Source of the DNA: Escherichia coli | Lineage (GTDB): Bacteria; Pseudomonadota; Gammaproteobacteria; Enterobacterales; Enterobacteriaceae | NCBI RefSeq assembly: GCF_036507355.1 | Contig: NZ_AP027877.1 | Direction: 5' to 3' (one strand) | DNA: 64,000 nucleotides | Shown: positions 9,791 to 23,275 of the stretch, piece after piece | How positions within the stretch are numbered: the stretch's first letter is position 1 | Layout of the letters: every line of letters begins with the position of its first letter | Position numbers and translations under genes: made by a program | The notes under the pieces: model-generated | Database searches by the model: none | What the model saw: the letters and a program-made list of their open reading frames with translations, nothing else | Told to the model about the DNA's origin: nothing

Positions 9791-11190
9791 ACTTCTCTCT
9801 GTAAATCCCGTTCCAGCGGTAACTCTACTGTAATGCTTACCCCGCCAAAAGGCGAATGGGCGGCAATAATGCGGCCATTATGTGCTTCAACAATGTTCAG
9901 GCAAATCGCCAGCCCCAGCCCGGAACCGCCGCTGGCGCGGTTGCGGGAACCTTCGGTGCGATAAAAACGTTCAAACAATTTTTGTAGCTGATCGTCACTG
10001 ACACCTGGCGCACTGTCGGCAAAGGTCAGGCGCACCGTTTTGTCGTGCTGCTCGGCAGAGATTTTCAGGCTGCCGCCGCTGTCAGTGTAGCGCAGGCTGT
10101 TTTCCAGTAAGTTATTGAATAACTGCATTAAACGGTCGCGATCGCCAAATACGGTGATACTGTCTGGCAGGGAAAATTGCAGTTTCAGGCCACGGCTGGC
10201 AAATCGTTCGCGAAATGCGCCGCCCGCCACTTCCAGCAGTGGGATCAAATCTACCGGTGCTTTTTGATAGGCGAGAGCGCCTTCATCAGACATCGACAAC
10301 TGATGGAGATCGTCAACCAGTTTGGTCAGTGTACCGACCTCCGCCTGTAAAGACGCCACCGTCTCCGGCGTGAATTTACGCACGCCATCCTGAATGGCTT
10401 CCAGTTCACCGCGCAGCACTGCTAATGGCGTACGCAGTTCGTGAGAAATATCGGCCATAAAATCGCGCCGCATTTGCTGGTTTTTCTCCAGCGTGCTGGC
10501 GAGCTGGTTGAAGTCTTGCGCCAGTTTGCCCAGTTCATCTTCACTGGTGGGCGTTACGCGGGTAGTGAAATCGCCCGCCGCCAGTTTGTGCGTGCCATCG
10601 ACAAGTCGTTTTACCGGTGCCAGTAAACCGCGCGCTAGCAGAAAAGTGGCGAGTGCCGCGAGTAACGTTGCCAGGGCGACAATCAGCCAGCTGGTTTGCC
10701 GTTGTTGTTTATCGAAATTGATATCAGTATTGCGGGTCAGCCGCTCAACGGGGGAGGCAATCACCGCGCCCACTTCCGCACCGTTGACCAGAATGGGTCG
10801 CCGTGTACCGTCAGGTGGAATCGGCGCTCGCGGACCAACCAGCACCTTGTTGTTTTGATCAACCACCCAGAACTGAGTACGCCAGCCGTGTGGTGGCATA
10901 CCCGGGCCGGGTTTATCTTCCGAATTATCGTGTTCAAATGAACGCAGGATCTGAAAGACAAAGCGATCATTGTTGCGCAGGAAGCGCCAGTTGCCATGCT
11001 GCGCATACTGCTCGCCAAGCGCATCACTTAACAGTTGTAATCGCTGTTCATTACCATGCTTGATGTAATCAATAAAGCCACGCTCAAAACTGATACGCAC
11101 CGCCCAGTGCATACTGATCAGCAAGACAATGCAGGTGGCGAAAATCGCCAGAAACAGTTTGCCGGTAATACCAGGTCGCCAGAACTTCAT
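9787..11190 (-). CDS. baeS: sensor histidine kinase BaeS
   Basis: 467-aa ORF with TM segments, H-box ([11 protein letters not shown]) and HATPase motifs; upstream of baeR. Confidence 0.9.
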
Positions 11191-12602
11191 TGCGCGCTCC
11201 TTTTTCGCCGCGAAATAGCTACATTTTGATGCGTATCGTTCGGCACTCTGGCAAAGATGAACGCCGGAAGGGCGATGATAAACGCCATGCTAAGCCAGGT
11301 GTACATAAAGACGGTTTGTGTGGTGCTGCTGTCGACGCTGACATGCTGCGAACCAAAAAGTCCCAGCAACAGCCCGGCGATGGTGACGCCGATACTCATC
11401 GACAATTGCATAATCATCGACAGCAGACTGTTGCCGCTGCTCGCCAGATTGTCCGGGAGATCTTTCAGCGTCAGGGTGTTCATGGAGGAGAAACGGGTCG
11501 AGTTGACCATCCCTTGTAAAAACAGGACGAACGGCAAAACGTAGTACCAGCCCAACAGAGCGGTAGTCATAAACAACAGGGTGACCAGCGACAGACCCAG
11601 CGTGGTCGCTACCAGTACCCGACGATAACCAAAGCGATTCACCACCTGTACAACAATCCGCTTCATCCCCATGCTGCCAAGCACCATCGGGATCATCATC
11701 AGTCCGGCATGAAACGGTGAGAAGCCAAGGCCAATTTGCAGGAAAACCGGTGTCATAAAGGGCAACATGCCACTGCCAATACGTCCGGCAAAGCTCCCCG
11801 CCAGGCCCAGCGAAAAGGTACGAGTACGGAACAGTTTCAGACTGAACAGGGCACGGTTGTTATTTCTGGCGTGCAGCAGATAAAGCACCAGTGCCACCAC
11901 GCCAACTGCGACCAGGCCAGCAATCGCCAGCGGCGATAAACCTGTACCTTTACTGCCGTCCAGCGCCAGGGTTAATACCGCCATGCCAACCGCCAGCAAC
12001 AGAAAGCCGGAGAGATCAAAGCGCCGCGTCTGCATGGTATAGTTCGGCATTAACATCAATGTGGCGATCGCACCAATAATTCCCACCGGAATGTTGATCA
12101 AAAAGATCCAGTGCCACGACGCGTACTCCACCAGCAGACCGCCAAGCGCCGGACCGAGCAGCGGACCGACCTGACCGGGTAACGTGACAAAGGTCATCGC
12201 CGCCATATATTGCTCGCGCGGTACGATTTTCATCACCGTCAACCTGCCGACCGGCACCATCATCGCACCGCCCACGCCCTGTAACGCGCGTGCCAGCAAC
12301 AGTTCGTTCAGCGTGCCGGAAAGCGCGCAAAACAGTGAACCGAGAGTAAACAGCATGATGGCGGTAAAGAAAATATTGCGCACGCCGACTTTGTCCGCCA
12401 GCCAGCCGCTGGCGGGCAGCATCACCGCCACGGTCAGTACATAAGAGACAATAACCATGTGCATATGCAACGGACTTTCCCCGAGGCTTTGCGCCATTGA
12501 GGGAAGGGCGGTGTTTACGATGGTGGTGTCCAGCGACTGCATAAAGAAGCCGAAAGCCACAATCCACAATTGCCAGCGGGTGCTGTCGGGAAGATCTGTC
12601 AT
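11187..12602 (-). CDS. mdtD: MFS transporter MdtD
   Basis: 471-aa 14-TM MFS-type ORF overlapping mdtC stop and baeS start. Confidence 0.9.
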   Translation of the reverse strand: MTDLPDSTRWQLWIVAFGFFMQSLDTTIVNTALPSMAQSLGESPLHMHMVIVSYVLTVAVMLPASGWLADKVGVRNIFFTAIMLFTLGSLFCALSGTLNELLLARALQGVGGAMMVPVGRLTVMKIVPREQYMAAMTFVTLPGQVGPLLGPALGGLLVEYASWHWIFLINIPVGIIGAIATLMLMPNYTMQTRRFDLSGFLLLAVGMAVLTLALDGSKGTGLSPLAIAGLVAVGVVALVLYLLHARNNNRALFSLKLFRTRTFSLGLAGSFAGRIGSGMLPFMTPVFLQIGLGFSPFHAGLMMIPMVLGSMGMKRIVVQVVNRFGYRRVLVATTLGLSLVTLLFMTTALLGWYYVLPFVLFLQGMVNSTRFSSMNTLTLKDLPDNLASSGNSLLSMIMQLSMSIGVTIAGLLLGLFGSQHVSVDSSTTQTVFMYTWLSMAFIIALPAFIFARVPNDTHQNVAISRRKRSAQ

Positions 12603-15600
12603 TTACTCGGTTACCGTTTGTTTAGGTTTACGCGAAAAACGCAGCCGCAGACGGTCGAAAAAGAGATACACCACCGGCGTGGTATACAGCGTCAGGAGCT
12701 GGCTCATTACCAGACCGCCGACAATGGTGATCCCCAATGGTTGGCGCAACTCCGAGCCGTCACCGCCCGACAACACCAGCGGCAGCGCGCCAAACAGCGC
12801 CGCCAGGGTAGTCATCATAATCGGGCGAAAACGCAGCAGACAGGCCTGGAAAATAGCTTCCTGCGGCGTCAGGTTACCGTGCCGTTGGGCTTCGAGCGCA
12901 AAATCGACCATCATAATGGCGTTTTTCTTCACGATGCCGATTAATAGCATGATCCCTATCAGGGCGATTAGGCTGAACGGGGCATTGAACAGCTCCAGCG
13001 CCAGCAGCGCTCCAACGCCCGCCGAGGGCAGGGTGGAGAGAATCGTCAGCGGATGTACGTAACTCTCGTAAAGGATACCCAGCACGATATACACCGTAGC
13101 GATGGCGGCGATAATCAGGATCACCTGCGAGTTCATCGTCTCCTGGAACACCTGCGCCGTGCCGGCAAAACTACCGCGCACCGTCGAAGGCACACCAAGC
13201 TGGGTCATTGCGCGATCGATCGCCGCACTGGCGTCCGAGAGCGATTTTCCGGTCGGCAGGTTGAACGAGATGGTCGAGGCCGCCGATAATCCCTGATGAT
13301 TCACCGACAGCGGGGCATTCGCCGGTTGCCATTTAGCGAAATACGACAGCGGGATCGCTTTGCCTTCGTTATTGATAACGAACATTTTTTCCAGCGCGCT
13401 GATGTCCTGGGTATAGCGCGGATCCACTTCCATCACCACTTTATACTGGTTCATCGGCTGGTAAATGGTCGAGATTTGCCGCTGACCGAAGGCGTTATTT
13501 AACAGACTGTTGGCGGCCTGTACGTCGATTCCCAGCCGTGCCATGGTGTCGCGGTCGTAAACCAGATTCATCTCCGCGCCGTTATCTTGCTGATCGGAGT
13601 TCACGTCCGCCAGTTCCGGCAACGTCGCCAGTTTTTTGCGGATTTTCGGCTCCCATTCGCGCAGTGCCGCCAGGTCGTCGGATAACAACGTGTACTGGTA
13701 GCTGGCGTTCGACTGACGCCCACCAACGCGAATATCCTGTACCGCCATCAGGAACAGATTCGCCCCCGGTTCTTTCGCCAGCTTCACGCGCAGACGGTCG
13801 ATAATTTGCTGCGCCGTTTCGCTGCGTTCGTCGCGTGGCTTGAGGGTGATAAACATCATCCCGCTGTTCACTCGCGAACCGCCGGTAAATCCGGTGACAT
13901 TATCCACTGCCGGATCGTCACGGATAATTTTCATGAAATCCTGCAACTTACCGCGCATCGCCTGAAACGAAATACTCTGATCCGCCTGAATCCCGCCCAT
14001 CAACACGCCAGTGTCCTGCTCCGGGAAGAAGGTTTTCGGGATCGAGATATATAGCCAGATATTCAGCGCAATGGTGCCAAGCAGCACCACGCCCACCAGA
14101 CGGGTATGATTGAGCACCCATTTCAGTGACTTGCCGTAGCCTTGTTGCAGGGCTACCAACATGCGACCAAAACCACGTAGTCGCTTTTGCTCGCGCGGCT
14201 TGCTGGCTTTCAGCATCCAGCCACACATCATCGGCGTTAGCGTCAGGGAAACCAGCAACGAAATACCAATGGCGACAGAAAGCGTTACGGCAAACTCGCG
14301 TAACAGACGCCCCGGCAATCCGCCCATCAACAGCAGCGGCAGGAACACCGCCACCAGTGACAGACTCATCGACAGCACCGTAAAACCGACTTCGCGAGTA
14401 CCTTGTAGCGCGGCCTGTAGTGGTTTCATCCCCGCTTCCAGATGACGGGCAATGTTTTCCAGCACCACGATGGCGTCATCCACCACAAAGCCTGTGGCGA
14501 TGGTGAGCGCCATTAACGACAGGTTATTGAGACTGAATCCGCACAGGTACATCGCCGCAAACGTACCAATCAGCGAAACCGGCACCGCAACGGCGGGAAT
14601 AATAGTGGCGCGACCCGAGCGCAGGAATAAAAACACCACCAGAATCACCAGCGCCACCGAGATAATCAGCGTTTGCTCGACTTCTTCCAGCGAGGCGCGA
14701 ATGGTGGGGGAGCGATCCTGAGCAATTTGCAGATCAATCGCCGCCGGAATGGTTTCCTGCAACTCCGGTAATTTTGCCCGGATGCTGTCAACCGTCTGGA
14801 TAATATTGGCTTCCGGCAGCTTGCGGATCATCAGCAAAATAGCCGGTTTGGCGTTGGTCATCCCGGCGTTGCGCACATCCTGCACTGAGTCGGTCACCGT
14901 CGCCACATCGCCCAGACGAACCGCGCCGCCGTTGTTGTAGTGAATAATCAGCGGCTGATATTCAGCGGCGGTTTTCAGTTCATCGTTGGTCTGGATCTGC
15001 CAGCGGTGAGTGCCATCTTCCAGCGCCCCCTGCGGTTTACGCACGTTGGCATTGCTGATGGCAGTGCGTACGTCGTCCAGCGACACGCCCTGATTAAACA
15101 GCGCCTGCGGGTTCAGCCCGACGCGCACGGCGGGCAGCGAGCTGCCGCCGACATCGACATCACCGACGCCGTCGATTTGCGAAATCGTCGGAGCCAGCTG
15201 CGTCGAGGCGAAATCGTACAATTCACCCTGCGAATAAGTATCGGAGGTTAGCGTCAGGATCATAATTGGCGCATCCGACGGGTTCGCTTTGCGATAAGTC
15301 GGGCGGCTGGGCATCCCACTGGGCAGCAGACTTTGTGCGGCGTTGATCGCCGCCTGCACATCACGCGCCGCACCGTTGATATCCCGGTCAAAATCAAACT
15401 GCAAAATAATACGCGTGCTGCCGAGCGAACTGCTGGAGGTCATTTCACTGACCCCGGCAATGCGCCCAAGTGAACGCTCCAGCGGCGTGGCAACGGAAGA
15501 CGCCATTGTCTCCGGCGACGCACCGGGCAGCGAGGCGCTGACCATAATCACCGGAAAATCGACCTGCGGCAGCGGGGCGACCGGCAGCATACGGAAACCC

Positions 15601-15680
15601 AGTATGCCGCACAGGGTAATGGCGACCGACAGTAAAATCGTCGCCACCGGGCGGTAAATGAAGAGGGCAAAAAACTTCAC
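12603..15680 (-). CDS. mdtC: RND multidrug efflux transporter subunit MdtC
   Basis: 1025-aa RND permease ORF. Confidence 0.9.
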   Translation of the reverse strand: MKFFALFIYRPVATILLSVAITLCGILGFRMLPVAPLPQVDFPVIMVSASLPGASPETMASSVATPLERSLGRIAGVSEMTSSSSLGSTRIILQFDFDRDINGAARDVQAAINAAQSLLPSGMPSRPTYRKANPSDAPIMILTLTSDTYSQGELYDFASTQLAPTISQIDGVGDVDVGGSSLPAVRVGLNPQALFNQGVSLDDVRTAISNANVRKPQGALEDGTHRWQIQTNDELKTAAEYQPLIIHYNNGGAVRLGDVATVTDSVQDVRNAGMTNAKPAILLMIRKLPEANIIQTVDSIRAKLPELQETIPAAIDLQIAQDRSPTIRASLEEVEQTLIISVALVILVVFLFLRSGRATIIPAVAVPVSLIGTFAAMYLCGFSLNNLSLMALTIATGFVVDDAIVVLENIARHLEAGMKPLQAALQGTREVGFTVLSMSLSLVAVFLPLLLMGGLPGRLLREFAVTLSVAIGISLLVSLTLTPMMCGWMLKASKPREQKRLRGFGRMLVALQQGYGKSLKWVLNHTRLVGVVLLGTIALNIWLYISIPKTFFPEQDTGVLMGGIQADQSISFQAMRGKLQDFMKIIRDDPAVDNVTGFTGGSRVNSGMMFITLKPRDERSETAQQIIDRLRVKLAKEPGANLFLMAVQDIRVGGRQSNASYQYTLLSDDLAALREWEPKIRKKLATLPELADVNSDQQDNGAEMNLVYDRDTMARLGIDVQAANSLLNNAFGQRQISTIYQPMNQYKVVMEVDPRYTQDISALEKMFVINNEGKAIPLSYFAKWQPANAPLSVNHQGLSAASTISFNLPTGKSLSDASAAIDRAMTQLGVPSTVRGSFAGTAQVFQETMNSQVILIIAAIATVYIVLGILYESYVHPLTILSTLPSAGVGALLALELFNAPFSLIALIGIMLLIGIVKKNAIMMVDFALEAQRHGNLTPQEAIFQACLLRFRPIMMTTLAALFGALPLVLSGGDGSELRQPLGITIVGGLVMSQLLTLYTTPVVYLFFDRLRLRFSRKPKQTVTE

Positions 15681-18600
15681 TTACGCCTCCTCTTCATGGC
15701 GAGCAAAGCGACTTTTGGTCCACAATGCAAGGCGGTCGAACAGCAGATAAATCACTGGCGTGGTAAACAGCGTCAGTACCTGGCTGACAACCAGACCACC
15801 GACCATACCAATGCCTAACGGACGACGCAGTTCCGCGCCGACCCCGGTACTCAACATCAGCGGCAGCGCGCCAAGCAGAGCCGCCAGGGTGGTCATCAGG
15901 ATCGGACGAAAACGCAACAGACAAGCCTGGTAGATTGCATCGCGCGGCGACATGCCTTGCTCGCGCTCAGCAGCCAGCGCGAAGTCGATCATCATGATGG
16001 CGTTCTTCTTCACGATACCGATCAGCAAAATAATGCCGATAATCGCAATCACATCCAGTTCGCTACCGGCAATCATTAACGCCAGCAGGGCGCCAACACC
16101 TGCCGTGGGTAGCGTCGAGAGAATGGTGATCGGGTGAATAAAGCTCTCGTACAGAATGCCGAGCACGATATACATCGCCACCACCGCCGCGACAATCAGC
16201 CAGACAGTGCTGCCCAGCGCCGACTGGAAGGCGAGGGTGCTGCCCTGGAACTGCGTGGTGATATCCACCGGCAGATTCAGCGTCTTTTCGGTGTCCATAA
16301 TCGCCTGCACCGCATCGCCCAGCGAATAGTTATCTGGCACGTTAAAAGAGATGGTCGTTACCGGGAACTGATCCAGATGGTTGATGGAAAGCGGCGCAAA
16401 ACGCTGTTCAACTTTGGCAATTGAGCTTAACGGCACCACGCCGCCGTCGCTGCTGGTCAGGCGAATGGTATCCAGCGCCGCGAGGCCTGGGGTATTTTCG
16501 GTATTGTGCTCCAGCACTACGCGATACTGGTTAGCCTGAGTATAAATAGTGGAAATCAGTCGCTGACCAAACGCGTTGTACAGGGCGTTATCGACATCCG
16601 CCATGCTGATCCCCAGACGGCTGGCGCTGTCGCGATCAACATTGACATACGCCACCAGCCCTTTGTCCTGCCAGTCGCTGGAGACATCAGAAATCTGTGG
16701 CAGCTGCTGGAGTTTTTCCATCAACTGTGGCACCCAGGTACTGAGCGCATCTAGTGACGTGGCCTGCAAGGTAAACTGGTACTGGGTGCGGCTGACCTGA
16801 GTATCGATGGTCAGGTCCTGCGTTGGTTGCAGGAAGAGATCGACGCCCGGCACTTTATCCACCGCCGTTTGCAGACGGGCGATGACTTTTTGCACTCGAT
16901 CATCACGTTCATCCAACGGTTTGAGGTTGATCTGCAAACGCGCACTGTTCAGCGACGGGTTAGTGCCATCAACGCCAACAAATGAGGTCAGATTTTGCAC
17001 TGCCGGATCCTGCAAAATCACGTCCGCGACCTGGCGTTGCCGCTGGGCCATATTGGCAAAGGAGCTGGATTGCGGTGCCTGCAAAGTGCCCTGAATAATG
17101 CCGTTATCCTGTACCGGGAAGAAACCTTTCGGAATGAACATCCACAATAGAACGCTAAGCAGCAGCGTGCTGAGCGCCACGCTTAAGGTCAGCCACGGAT
17201 GATTCAGCACTTTCGCAAGTCCCTGACCATAGGCGGCGATTATCCTGTCGAACATTTTTTCCGAGGCACGGGAGAAGCGGTTCTGTTTACGCAACGACTC
17301 CTGGCTGAGCATCCGTGCGCACATCATCGGTGTCAGGGTTAGCGACACCACGGCTGAGATTAAAATCGCTACCGCCAGGGTAATAGCAAATTCGCGGAAC
17401 AGTCGCCCGACGATATCGCCCATAAACAGCAGTGGGATCAACACCGCAATCAGCGAGAAGGTCAGCGAGATAATGGTAAAGCCGATTTCACCTGCGCCTT
17501 TGAGCGCCGCCGCCAACGGTTTTTCGCCTTTTTCGATATAGCGGGAAATATTTTCGATCACCACGATGGCGTCATCGACCACGAACCCGGTGGCGATAGT
17601 TAACGCCATCAGCGTCAGGTTATTGATTGAAAAATCGAGAAACACCATAACCGCAAAAGTGCCGATTAACGACAGCGGCACGGCAACACCGGGAATGATG
17701 GTCGCCGGAATATTGCGCAAAAACAGGTAGATAATCATGACTACCAGCGCGATAGCCATCATCAGCTCAAACTGGGTATCGTCGACGGATGCGCGGATAT
17801 TGGTGGTGCGGTCAGAAAGTACCGTCACCTTCACCGATTTCGGCAGACTCTCGGTAAGCTGCGGCAGCATCTGCCGAATACTGTCGGCGGTAGAGATAAT
17901 GTTAGCACCAGGCTGGCGCTGAACATTCATCACAATAGCCTGTTCTTTATTCGCCCACGCCCCAAGCCAGCCGTTTTCGGCCCCTTGTTCAACGGTTGCG
18001 ACATCACCAAGACGAATCGGCGCGCCGTTCTGGTAGGCGATGATTAGCTGGCGATACTCTTCGGCGGATTGCATCTGGTCGTTAGCGGAAAGCGTGACCG
18101 CGCGGGAAGGGCCGTCGAGGCTACCTTTGGCTGAGTTAACGTTAGCACCGGTAATGGCGGTGCGCACGGTTTCGCTGGTCAGGCCGAGGGCGGCAATCGC
18201 CTGGGCGTTAAGTTTGACGCGAACAGCCGGACGCTGGCCGCCGGAAAGCGTCACCAGGCCGACGCCGGAAATCTGCGAGATTTTCTGCGCGACGCGGGTT
18301 TCCACCATATCTTCCACTTGCGTCATCGGCATGGCTGTTGAGGTGACGGCGAGCGTCATGATCGGCGGATCTGCCGGGTTCACTTTGCTGTAAACCGGCG
18401 GGTTAGGCAGATCGCTCGGCAACAAGTTGGTCGCAGCGTTAATCGCGGCCTGTACTTCCTGCTCGGCGACATCCAGCGGTAATGTTAGCTGGAACTGCAA
18501 AGTGATAACTGACGCACCGCCGGAACTTTGCGACGACATCTGTTTCAGACCAGACATCTGCCCGAACTGGCGTTCGAGCGGCGCGGTAACGGCAGAGGTC

Positions 18601-18803
18601 ATGACATCCGGGCTGGCACCTGGGTAGAGCGTGACCACCTGAATGGTCGGATAGTCCACTTCCGGCAGCGCCGAAACGGGCAGGGCGCGATAACCGATAA
18701 TCCCGGCGAGTAAGATCGCCACCATCAGCAGCGTGGTGGCCACAGGACGCATAATAAACAGGCGCGACGGGCCGCCTGTGCTGCTCGGAGGTAACACCTG
18801 CAT
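15681..18803 (-). CDS. mdtB: RND multidrug efflux transporter subunit MdtB
   Basis: 1040-aa RND permease ORF directly upstream of mdtC. Confidence 0.9.
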   Translation of the reverse strand: MQVLPPSSTGGPSRLFIMRPVATTLLMVAILLAGIIGYRALPVSALPEVDYPTIQVVTLYPGASPDVMTSAVTAPLERQFGQMSGLKQMSSQSSGGASVITLQFQLTLPLDVAEQEVQAAINAATNLLPSDLPNPPVYSKVNPADPPIMTLAVTSTAMPMTQVEDMVETRVAQKISQISGVGLVTLSGGQRPAVRVKLNAQAIAALGLTSETVRTAITGANVNSAKGSLDGPSRAVTLSANDQMQSAEEYRQLIIAYQNGAPIRLGDVATVEQGAENGWLGAWANKEQAIVMNVQRQPGANIISTADSIRQMLPQLTESLPKSVKVTVLSDRTTNIRASVDDTQFELMMAIALVVMIIYLFLRNIPATIIPGVAVPLSLIGTFAVMVFLDFSINNLTLMALTIATGFVVDDAIVVIENISRYIEKGEKPLAAALKGAGEIGFTIISLTFSLIAVLIPLLFMGDIVGRLFREFAITLAVAILISAVVSLTLTPMMCARMLSQESLRKQNRFSRASEKMFDRIIAAYGQGLAKVLNHPWLTLSVALSTLLLSVLLWMFIPKGFFPVQDNGIIQGTLQAPQSSSFANMAQRQRQVADVILQDPAVQNLTSFVGVDGTNPSLNSARLQINLKPLDERDDRVQKVIARLQTAVDKVPGVDLFLQPTQDLTIDTQVSRTQYQFTLQATSLDALSTWVPQLMEKLQQLPQISDVSSDWQDKGLVAYVNVDRDSASRLGISMADVDNALYNAFGQRLISTIYTQANQYRVVLEHNTENTPGLAALDTIRLTSSDGGVVPLSSIAKVEQRFAPLSINHLDQFPVTTISFNVPDNYSLGDAVQAIMDTEKTLNLPVDITTQFQGSTLAFQSALGSTVWLIVAAVVAMYIVLGILYESFIHPITILSTLPTAGVGALLALMIAGSELDVIAIIGIILLIGIVKKNAIMMIDFALAAEREQGMSPRDAIYQACLLRFRPILMTTLAALLGALPLMLSTGVGAELRRPLGIGMVGGLVVSQVLTLFTTPVIYLLFDRLALWTKSRFARHEEEA

Positions 18804-20050
18804 CAGGAGCGTGCTCCTTTTTTCGCGTATTCGCGGCTGGTGGCTTTCTCTTCCGGAGTGGTGGCGCTCTGGGCTTCCACCACTTCCACTTTCGCCCCTT
18901 CGGTCAGGCGATCAATGCCGTCTGTCACCACGCGATCGCCCGCAGAAATACCTGCGCGGATCACCACTTTCTGACTGTCCTGAATGCCCGGCGTCACCAG
19001 ATGTTTGCTGACCTTGTTTTCGCTATTCAGCACCCAGACAAAATGGCCTTCATTGCCCATTTGCAGGGCGGCGGTGGGGATCACTACGGCGTTTTGTTCG
19101 GTGTCGACTAACATGCGCGCGTTAACAAACTGATTGGGAAACAGCGCATCATCCTGATTATTAAAGCGTGCTTTCACTTTAATCGTACCGGTAGTGGCAT
19201 CGATTTGGTTATCGAGACTTAACAGCGTGCCTTCACTTAATTTCTTCGAGTTGGTGCGATCCCAGGCTTCTACCACCAGCGGTTTCCCGGCTTTTTGCGC
19301 CTGCATAACGGTAGTGATATCGCTTTCCGGCAGGGTAAAGACTAAATCGATAGGATGCGTCTGGGTGATCACCACAATTCCGGTGGTATCACCACTGGAG
19401 ATTTGGTTACCGACATCAACCTGCTTGAGACCAACGCGACCATCGACTGGTGCGGTGATGCGGCTCCAGTCGAGTTGCAGCTGTGCGCTGGCGACGCTTG
19501 CTTCATCAGCCTTAATGGTGCCTTCGGTTTCACTGACCAGCGCTTGTTGGGCATCCAGTTCCTGACGAGATACGAGATTGGTTTTTACCAGTTGTTGATA
19601 ACGCGCCAGGTCACGGCGGGCGTTGGCAAGCGTGGCTTTATCTTTTGCCAGTTGGCCCTGGGCTTGTGCTAATGCAACTTTGAACTGGCTGGGGTCAATT
19701 TCTGCCAGTAAATCGCCTGCTTTGACCTGCTGGCCTTCCTGGAAATGTAACGCCATCAGTTGACCGTCCACGCGGCTACGCACCGTAACAGTATTAGCAG
19801 CGGTAATAGTGCCAAGCCCGGTGAGGTAACGCGGAACTGCCTGTTCTACGGCGGTCGCCGCCTGAACCGGGGCTAATGGGCCGGAACGCATACCACGGCG
19901 ACCACCCGCTGGCGATTGCTGCGCTTGTTTCGTCGCCCCTGGGGCTGCACTCTGGGAGTCATTGCGGCCTTGCCAGAACCAGAATGCGGCGATGGCGGCG
20001 ATAACCACCACGATTACGATTACCCAACGGGATTTATAACTGCCTTTCAT
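18803..20050 (-). CDS. mdtA: RND efflux membrane fusion protein MdtA
   Basis: Membrane-fusion-protein ORF; start set at ATG ([12 protein letters not shown]...) with upstream RBS, giving 415 aa; the longer six-frame ORF extension is unsupported. Confidence 0.85.
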   Translation of the reverse strand: MKGSYKSRWVIVIVVVIAAIAAFWFWQGRNDSQSAAPGATKQAQQSPAGGRRGMRSGPLAPVQAATAVEQAVPRYLTGLGTITAANTVTVRSRVDGQLMALHFQEGQQVKAGDLLAEIDPSQFKVALAQAQGQLAKDKATLANARRDLARYQQLVKTNLVSRQELDAQQALVSETEGTIKADEASVASAQLQLDWSRITAPVDGRVGLKQVDVGNQISSGDTTGIVVITQTHPIDLVFTLPESDITTVMQAQKAGKPLVVEAWDRTNSKKLSEGTLLSLDNQIDATTGTIKVKARFNNQDDALFPNQFVNARMLVDTEQNAVVIPTAALQMGNEGHFVWVLNSENKVSKHLVTPGIQDSQKVVIRAGISAGDRVVTDGIDRLTEGAKVEVVEAQSATTPEEKATSREYAKKGARS

Positions 20051-20103
20051 CGTTAAGAGTTTCTCTTCCTGAAACGTTTCGCGGAATGATACTAGTGTAG
20101 CCA

Positions 20104-20121
20104 GCCAATAAGGGAGAAAAA
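20104..20121 (-). promoter_or_regulatory. BaeR box upstream of mdtA
   Basis: Minus-strand sequence TTTTTCTCCCTTATTGGC closely matches the BaeR-binding consensus TTTTTCTCCATDATTGGC, about 55 bp upstream of mdtA start. Confidence 0.6.
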
Positions 20122-20289
20122 TGGAGGAATTATGAAACACTATCGGGAATCGTCTGAATGGCGGGCACATTTGCGAGCACGCATCCAGTAATAACACAGG
20201 AAACTATTTTATCTACGCGTTAGCGATAGACTGCTTGCATGGCGAAAGGAGGTAAGCCGACGATTTCAGCGGGACGCTGAAACGGGAAA

Positions 20290-20440
20290 GCCCCTCCCGA
20301 GGAAGGGGCCATAAATAAGGAAAGGGTCATGATGAAGATACTCATCATCGTGGCGCTCTTAGTGATTAGCTACCCAGCATACTAAGACTACCAGGGCGGG
20401 GGAAACCCCGCTCTACCCTCACTCCTGAAAGTATGCCTTC
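20290..20440 (-). ncRNA. sib: Sib-family antisense sRNA (antitoxin) overlapping ibs copy 1; boundaries approximate
   Basis: By family knowledge Sib RNAs are about 140 nt and fully antisense to ibs; minus-strand hairpin GGCCCCTTCCTCGGGAGGGGC+TTTCCC at 20291-20320 is a candidate terminator. Confidence 0.45.
20329..20385 (+). CDS. ibs: Ibs-family type I toxin peptide (MMKILIIVALLVISYPAY)
   Basis: 18-aa hydrophobic peptide ORF with MMK start and RBS aagg, inside Sib/Ibs repeat unit. Confidence 0.8.
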   Translation: MMKILIIVALLVISYPAY

Positions 20441-20636
20441 ACGTTCAGAATGTCAATCCGCAGGCTTTGCAGTCTGCGATCCTGCCAGCAAATATTCTTT
20501 GCGAGACGTTACGCAATAATCACAGAGGAAACTATTTTGTTCACGCGTTAGCGATAGACTGAATTCAGGGCGAAAGGAGGTAAGCCGACGATTTCAGCGG
20601 GACGCTGAAACGGGAAAGCCCCTCCCGAGGAAGGGG

Positions 20637-20648
20637 CCTTAAATAAGG
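20637..20648 (+). repeat. attL core: 12-bp direct repeat CCTTAAATAAGG flanking the island
   Basis: Identical 12-mer at 20637-20648 and 30686-30697; left copy ends the sib half-unit, right copy directly precedes the ibs RBS. Confidence 0.7.
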
Positions 20649-20721
20649 TAAGTTGCACATTTAAAATCTCTTTAATTATCAATAAACTACAATGTATAGG
20701 TCATTATTAGTCAAAATAAAA

Positions 20722-21621
20722 TCATTTGTTGATTTCAATTTTGTCCCATTCTCTCCCTCGGCTATCCCTATACCGCGCCGCCATTGAATCTGATTTATGT
20801 CCGAGAAGACGTTGAGCAAACTTATCGCCAATCTGATTCCGGTATAGCCTCGCCGACAGGCTACGCAGTTCATGGAATGTTGGTGGGTCTCCATCAAATG
20901 AGAGTCCAGATGCATTTCTCGCCTTTGTAAAATACTTCGATACTGTTTTCGGGGAAAGCGGTTCGTGATGCGTTGAGGCGATTATAGTTTCACTGCCGCT
21001 GGCCTCCCTGCATTTCTGTAGTGTATCAGCCAATGAGATATTGAGCGCGTCAATCGTTAGCATCAGCGGAATGGCGAGCTTAGCCCCTGTTTTACCCTGT
21101 TCAATGTGAAGATGGTTGTCGTTTATGTCTGACCATTTCATTCTGCACAAATCGCCGACTCTCTGCCCTGTAACGACAGCCGAATCCATCGCCAGTCTTA
21201 GCCAGATTGGGAGAGGTTCGGCTGCATGGTAAATCGCGACATACTCATTAGCTGTCAGCCTTGAGCGCCTTACTTCTGACTTTGCTGTGCGGGTTGCTGT
21301 TACCGGATTCGTTTCCACATGCCCCTCGGCTATTGCCTCACGAAAAACGTCAACAAGGGTTGACCTGATTAATTTTGCGGAAGCCGCTTTACCTTCTGCT
21401 ACGTAGGTGTTTAGCATTGCTGCCACCTCTTTCGTTGATATGTCAGCGAGCGGTTTGTCCGGCAATTTTCTTCGGATTGCCCTGATTTTGCTGGCGTAGT
21501 CGAGTAGAGTTTTCGTCCTGATCCCCCTCTCGCTGAGGATTGTTTCATATCGGTCAAGCCACGCATGAAGAGTGATTACGTCAGCGCCTTTAATCCTGTC
21601 TATCAGTGAGGTAGCCTGAGT
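20722..21621 (-). pseudogene. int: Tyrosine recombinase (phage integrase), N-terminally truncated
   Basis: Catalytic-domain motifs present (…HELRSLSARLY…LLGHKSDSMAARYRD…); reading frame continues upstream of the annotated start to 21621 (…SLIDRIKGADVITLHAWLDRYETILSERGIRTKTLLDYASKIRAIRRKLPDKPL) and is cut by an IS3-family fragment. Confidence 0.75.
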
Positions 21622-22120
21622 TTAACGGACACTCCTTCCTGAAATAGAATGGCATCAGAAGGAGCTAATAATGAGCAGAAAAACCCAACGTTACTCTAAA
21701 GAGTTCAAAGCCGAAGCTGTCAGAACGGTTCTTGAAAATCAACTTTCGATCAGTGAAGGCGCTTCCCGATTATCTCTTCCTGAAGGCACTTTAGGACAAT
21801 GGGTTACCGCCGCCAGAAAAGGGCTCGGTACTCCTGGTTCCCGCACGGTGGCTGAACTGGAATCTGAAATTCTGCAACTGCGTAAGGCGTTAAATGAAGC
21901 TCGCCTTGAGCGAGATATATTAAAAAAAGCAACGTATTTTGCACAGGAGTCGCTGAAAAATACGCGTTAATCGAACAATGGCGACAACAATTTCCCATTG
22001 AAGCGATGTGTCAGGTATTTGGTGTATCCAGGAGCGGTTATTACAACTGGGTACAGCATGAACCCTCAGACAGAAAACAAAGTGATGAGCGGCTAAAACT
22101 GGAGATTAAGGTGGCACATA
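21610..22120 (+). mobile_element. IS3-family element, 5' fragment only (orfA plus first about 38 codons of orfB)
   Basis: orfA 21671-21970 plus orfB N-terminus MCQVFGVSRSGYYNWVQ... in -1 frame, homology lost after about 22118; boundaries approximate. Confidence 0.6.
21671..21970 (+). CDS. IS3-family transposase OrfA (HTH)
   Basis: 99-aa ORF MSRKTQRYSKEFKAEAVRTVLE...ERDILKKATYFAQE, typical IS3 OrfA with leucine zipper and A-run slippery site near 3' end. Confidence 0.8.
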   Translation: MSRKTQRYSKEFKAEAVRTVLENQLSISEGASRLSLPEGTLGQWVTAARKGLGTPGSRTVAELESEILQLRKALNEARLERDILKKATYFAQESLKNTR

Positions 22121-22149
22121 CGGTAACAAGCCGATACATGCCACACGCA

Positions 22150-22756
22150 TTACTCACCCTCTTTGATGCGAATGCCAGCGGCGCGTGGCACATTAACTTC
22201 CACGATGCGCACTGTTGGTTTGTACATCTCAATCGCTGTCAGCCAGTCAGCTCCTGTCATGCGCTTTTCCGCATCGCCATTAGTCCACTGAACCGGTACA
22301 CCAATAGCCTTCATCGCGATTTCTATTTCCCCGGCAATGGCGCTTTTTCCGCAACCAGTAAAACCAGAAACAACGACAAGAACTTCACCTTTGGCTGGTT
22401 TTATTTCCCGTGCTTCCAGTTCTGCAATGCGCTTACTTCCATCCGCGATTACTCCCTCGTAATATTCACGCTGCTCGTTGAGTTTTGATTTTGCTGCTTC
22501 AAGCTCAACTCTCAGCTTCCCTACCGTTAGCGCAATATCCTCGTTCTCCTGGTCACGGGATTTGATGTATTGCTGGTTTCTTTCCCGTTCATCCAGAAGC
22601 GCCAGCACGGTTGCCGGATTAGCCTTGGCAACAAAATCACGGACTGGCTTACAATCAATCTCAGCAATGGGTTGATACGATGTGTATCCATGCTGTCTTG
22701 TATAACTACCGTGACGAATAACGAAAAAATCACCATTTATTTTTTTAGCCTGCCAC
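22150..22756 (-). pseudogene. Phage-derived protein fragment with P-loop-like motif (GFTGCGKS); 5' end interrupted by IS1
   Basis: Reading frame runs into IS1 terminal bases at 22757; annotated start codon lies inside IS1. Confidence 0.5.
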
Positions 22757-22771
22757 GGTAATGACTCCAAC

Positions 22772-23275
22772 TTATTGATAGTGTTTTATGTTCAGATAAT
22801 GCCCGATGACTTTGTCATGCAGCTCCACCGATTTTGAGAACGACAGCGACTTCCGTCCCAGCCGTGCCAGGTGCTGCCTCAGATTCAGGTTATGCCGCTC
22901 AATTCGCTGCGTATATCGCTTGCTGATTACGTGCAGCTTTCCCTTCAGGCGGGATTCATACAGCGGCCAGCCATCCGTCATCCATATCACCACGTCAAAG
23001 GGTGACAGCAGGCTCATAAGACGCCCCAGCGTCGCCATCGTGCGTTCACCGAATACGTGCGCAACAACCGTCTTCCGGAGCCTGTCATACGCGTAAAACA
23101 GCCAGCGCTGGCGCGATTTAGCCCCGACATAGCCCCACTGTTCGTCCATTTCCGCGCAGACGATGACGTCACTGCCCGGCTGTATGCGCGAGGTTACCGA
23201 CTGCGGCCTGAGTTTTTTAAGTGACGTAAAATCGTGTTGAGGCCAACGCCCATAATGCGGGCTGTTGCCCGGCAT
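22772..23275 (-). CDS. insB: IS1 InsB
   Basis: 167-aa InsB ORF overlapping insA (frameshift fusion partner). Confidence 0.95.

Larger units (their letters stand above)
20203..20648 (+). repeat. Tandem ibs/sib repeat units: unit 1 complete, unit 2 left half only
   Basis: About 330-bp unit (…ttagcgatagactg…ggcgaaaggaggtaagccgacgatttcagcgggacgctgaaacggg…) repeated at 20203, 20444, and again at 30698 and about 30800. Confidence 0.8.

Noticed and set aside
12016-13062. Several 180-200-aa ORFs overlapping mdtD/mdtC in other frames
   Set aside because: Embedded in and antisense to or out of frame with long, well-supported transporter genes; typical of GC-rich sequence.
18803-20197. 464-aa version of mdtA with upstream extension
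   Set aside because: The extension overlaps the promoter and BaeR box and lacks an RBS; ATG at 20050 with RBS gives the canonical length.
20200-20700. Possible CRISPR array suggested by repeated sequence
   Set aside because: Repeat unit is about 330 bp and contains a small ORF and hairpins characteristic of ibs/sib units, not short repeats with unique spacers.
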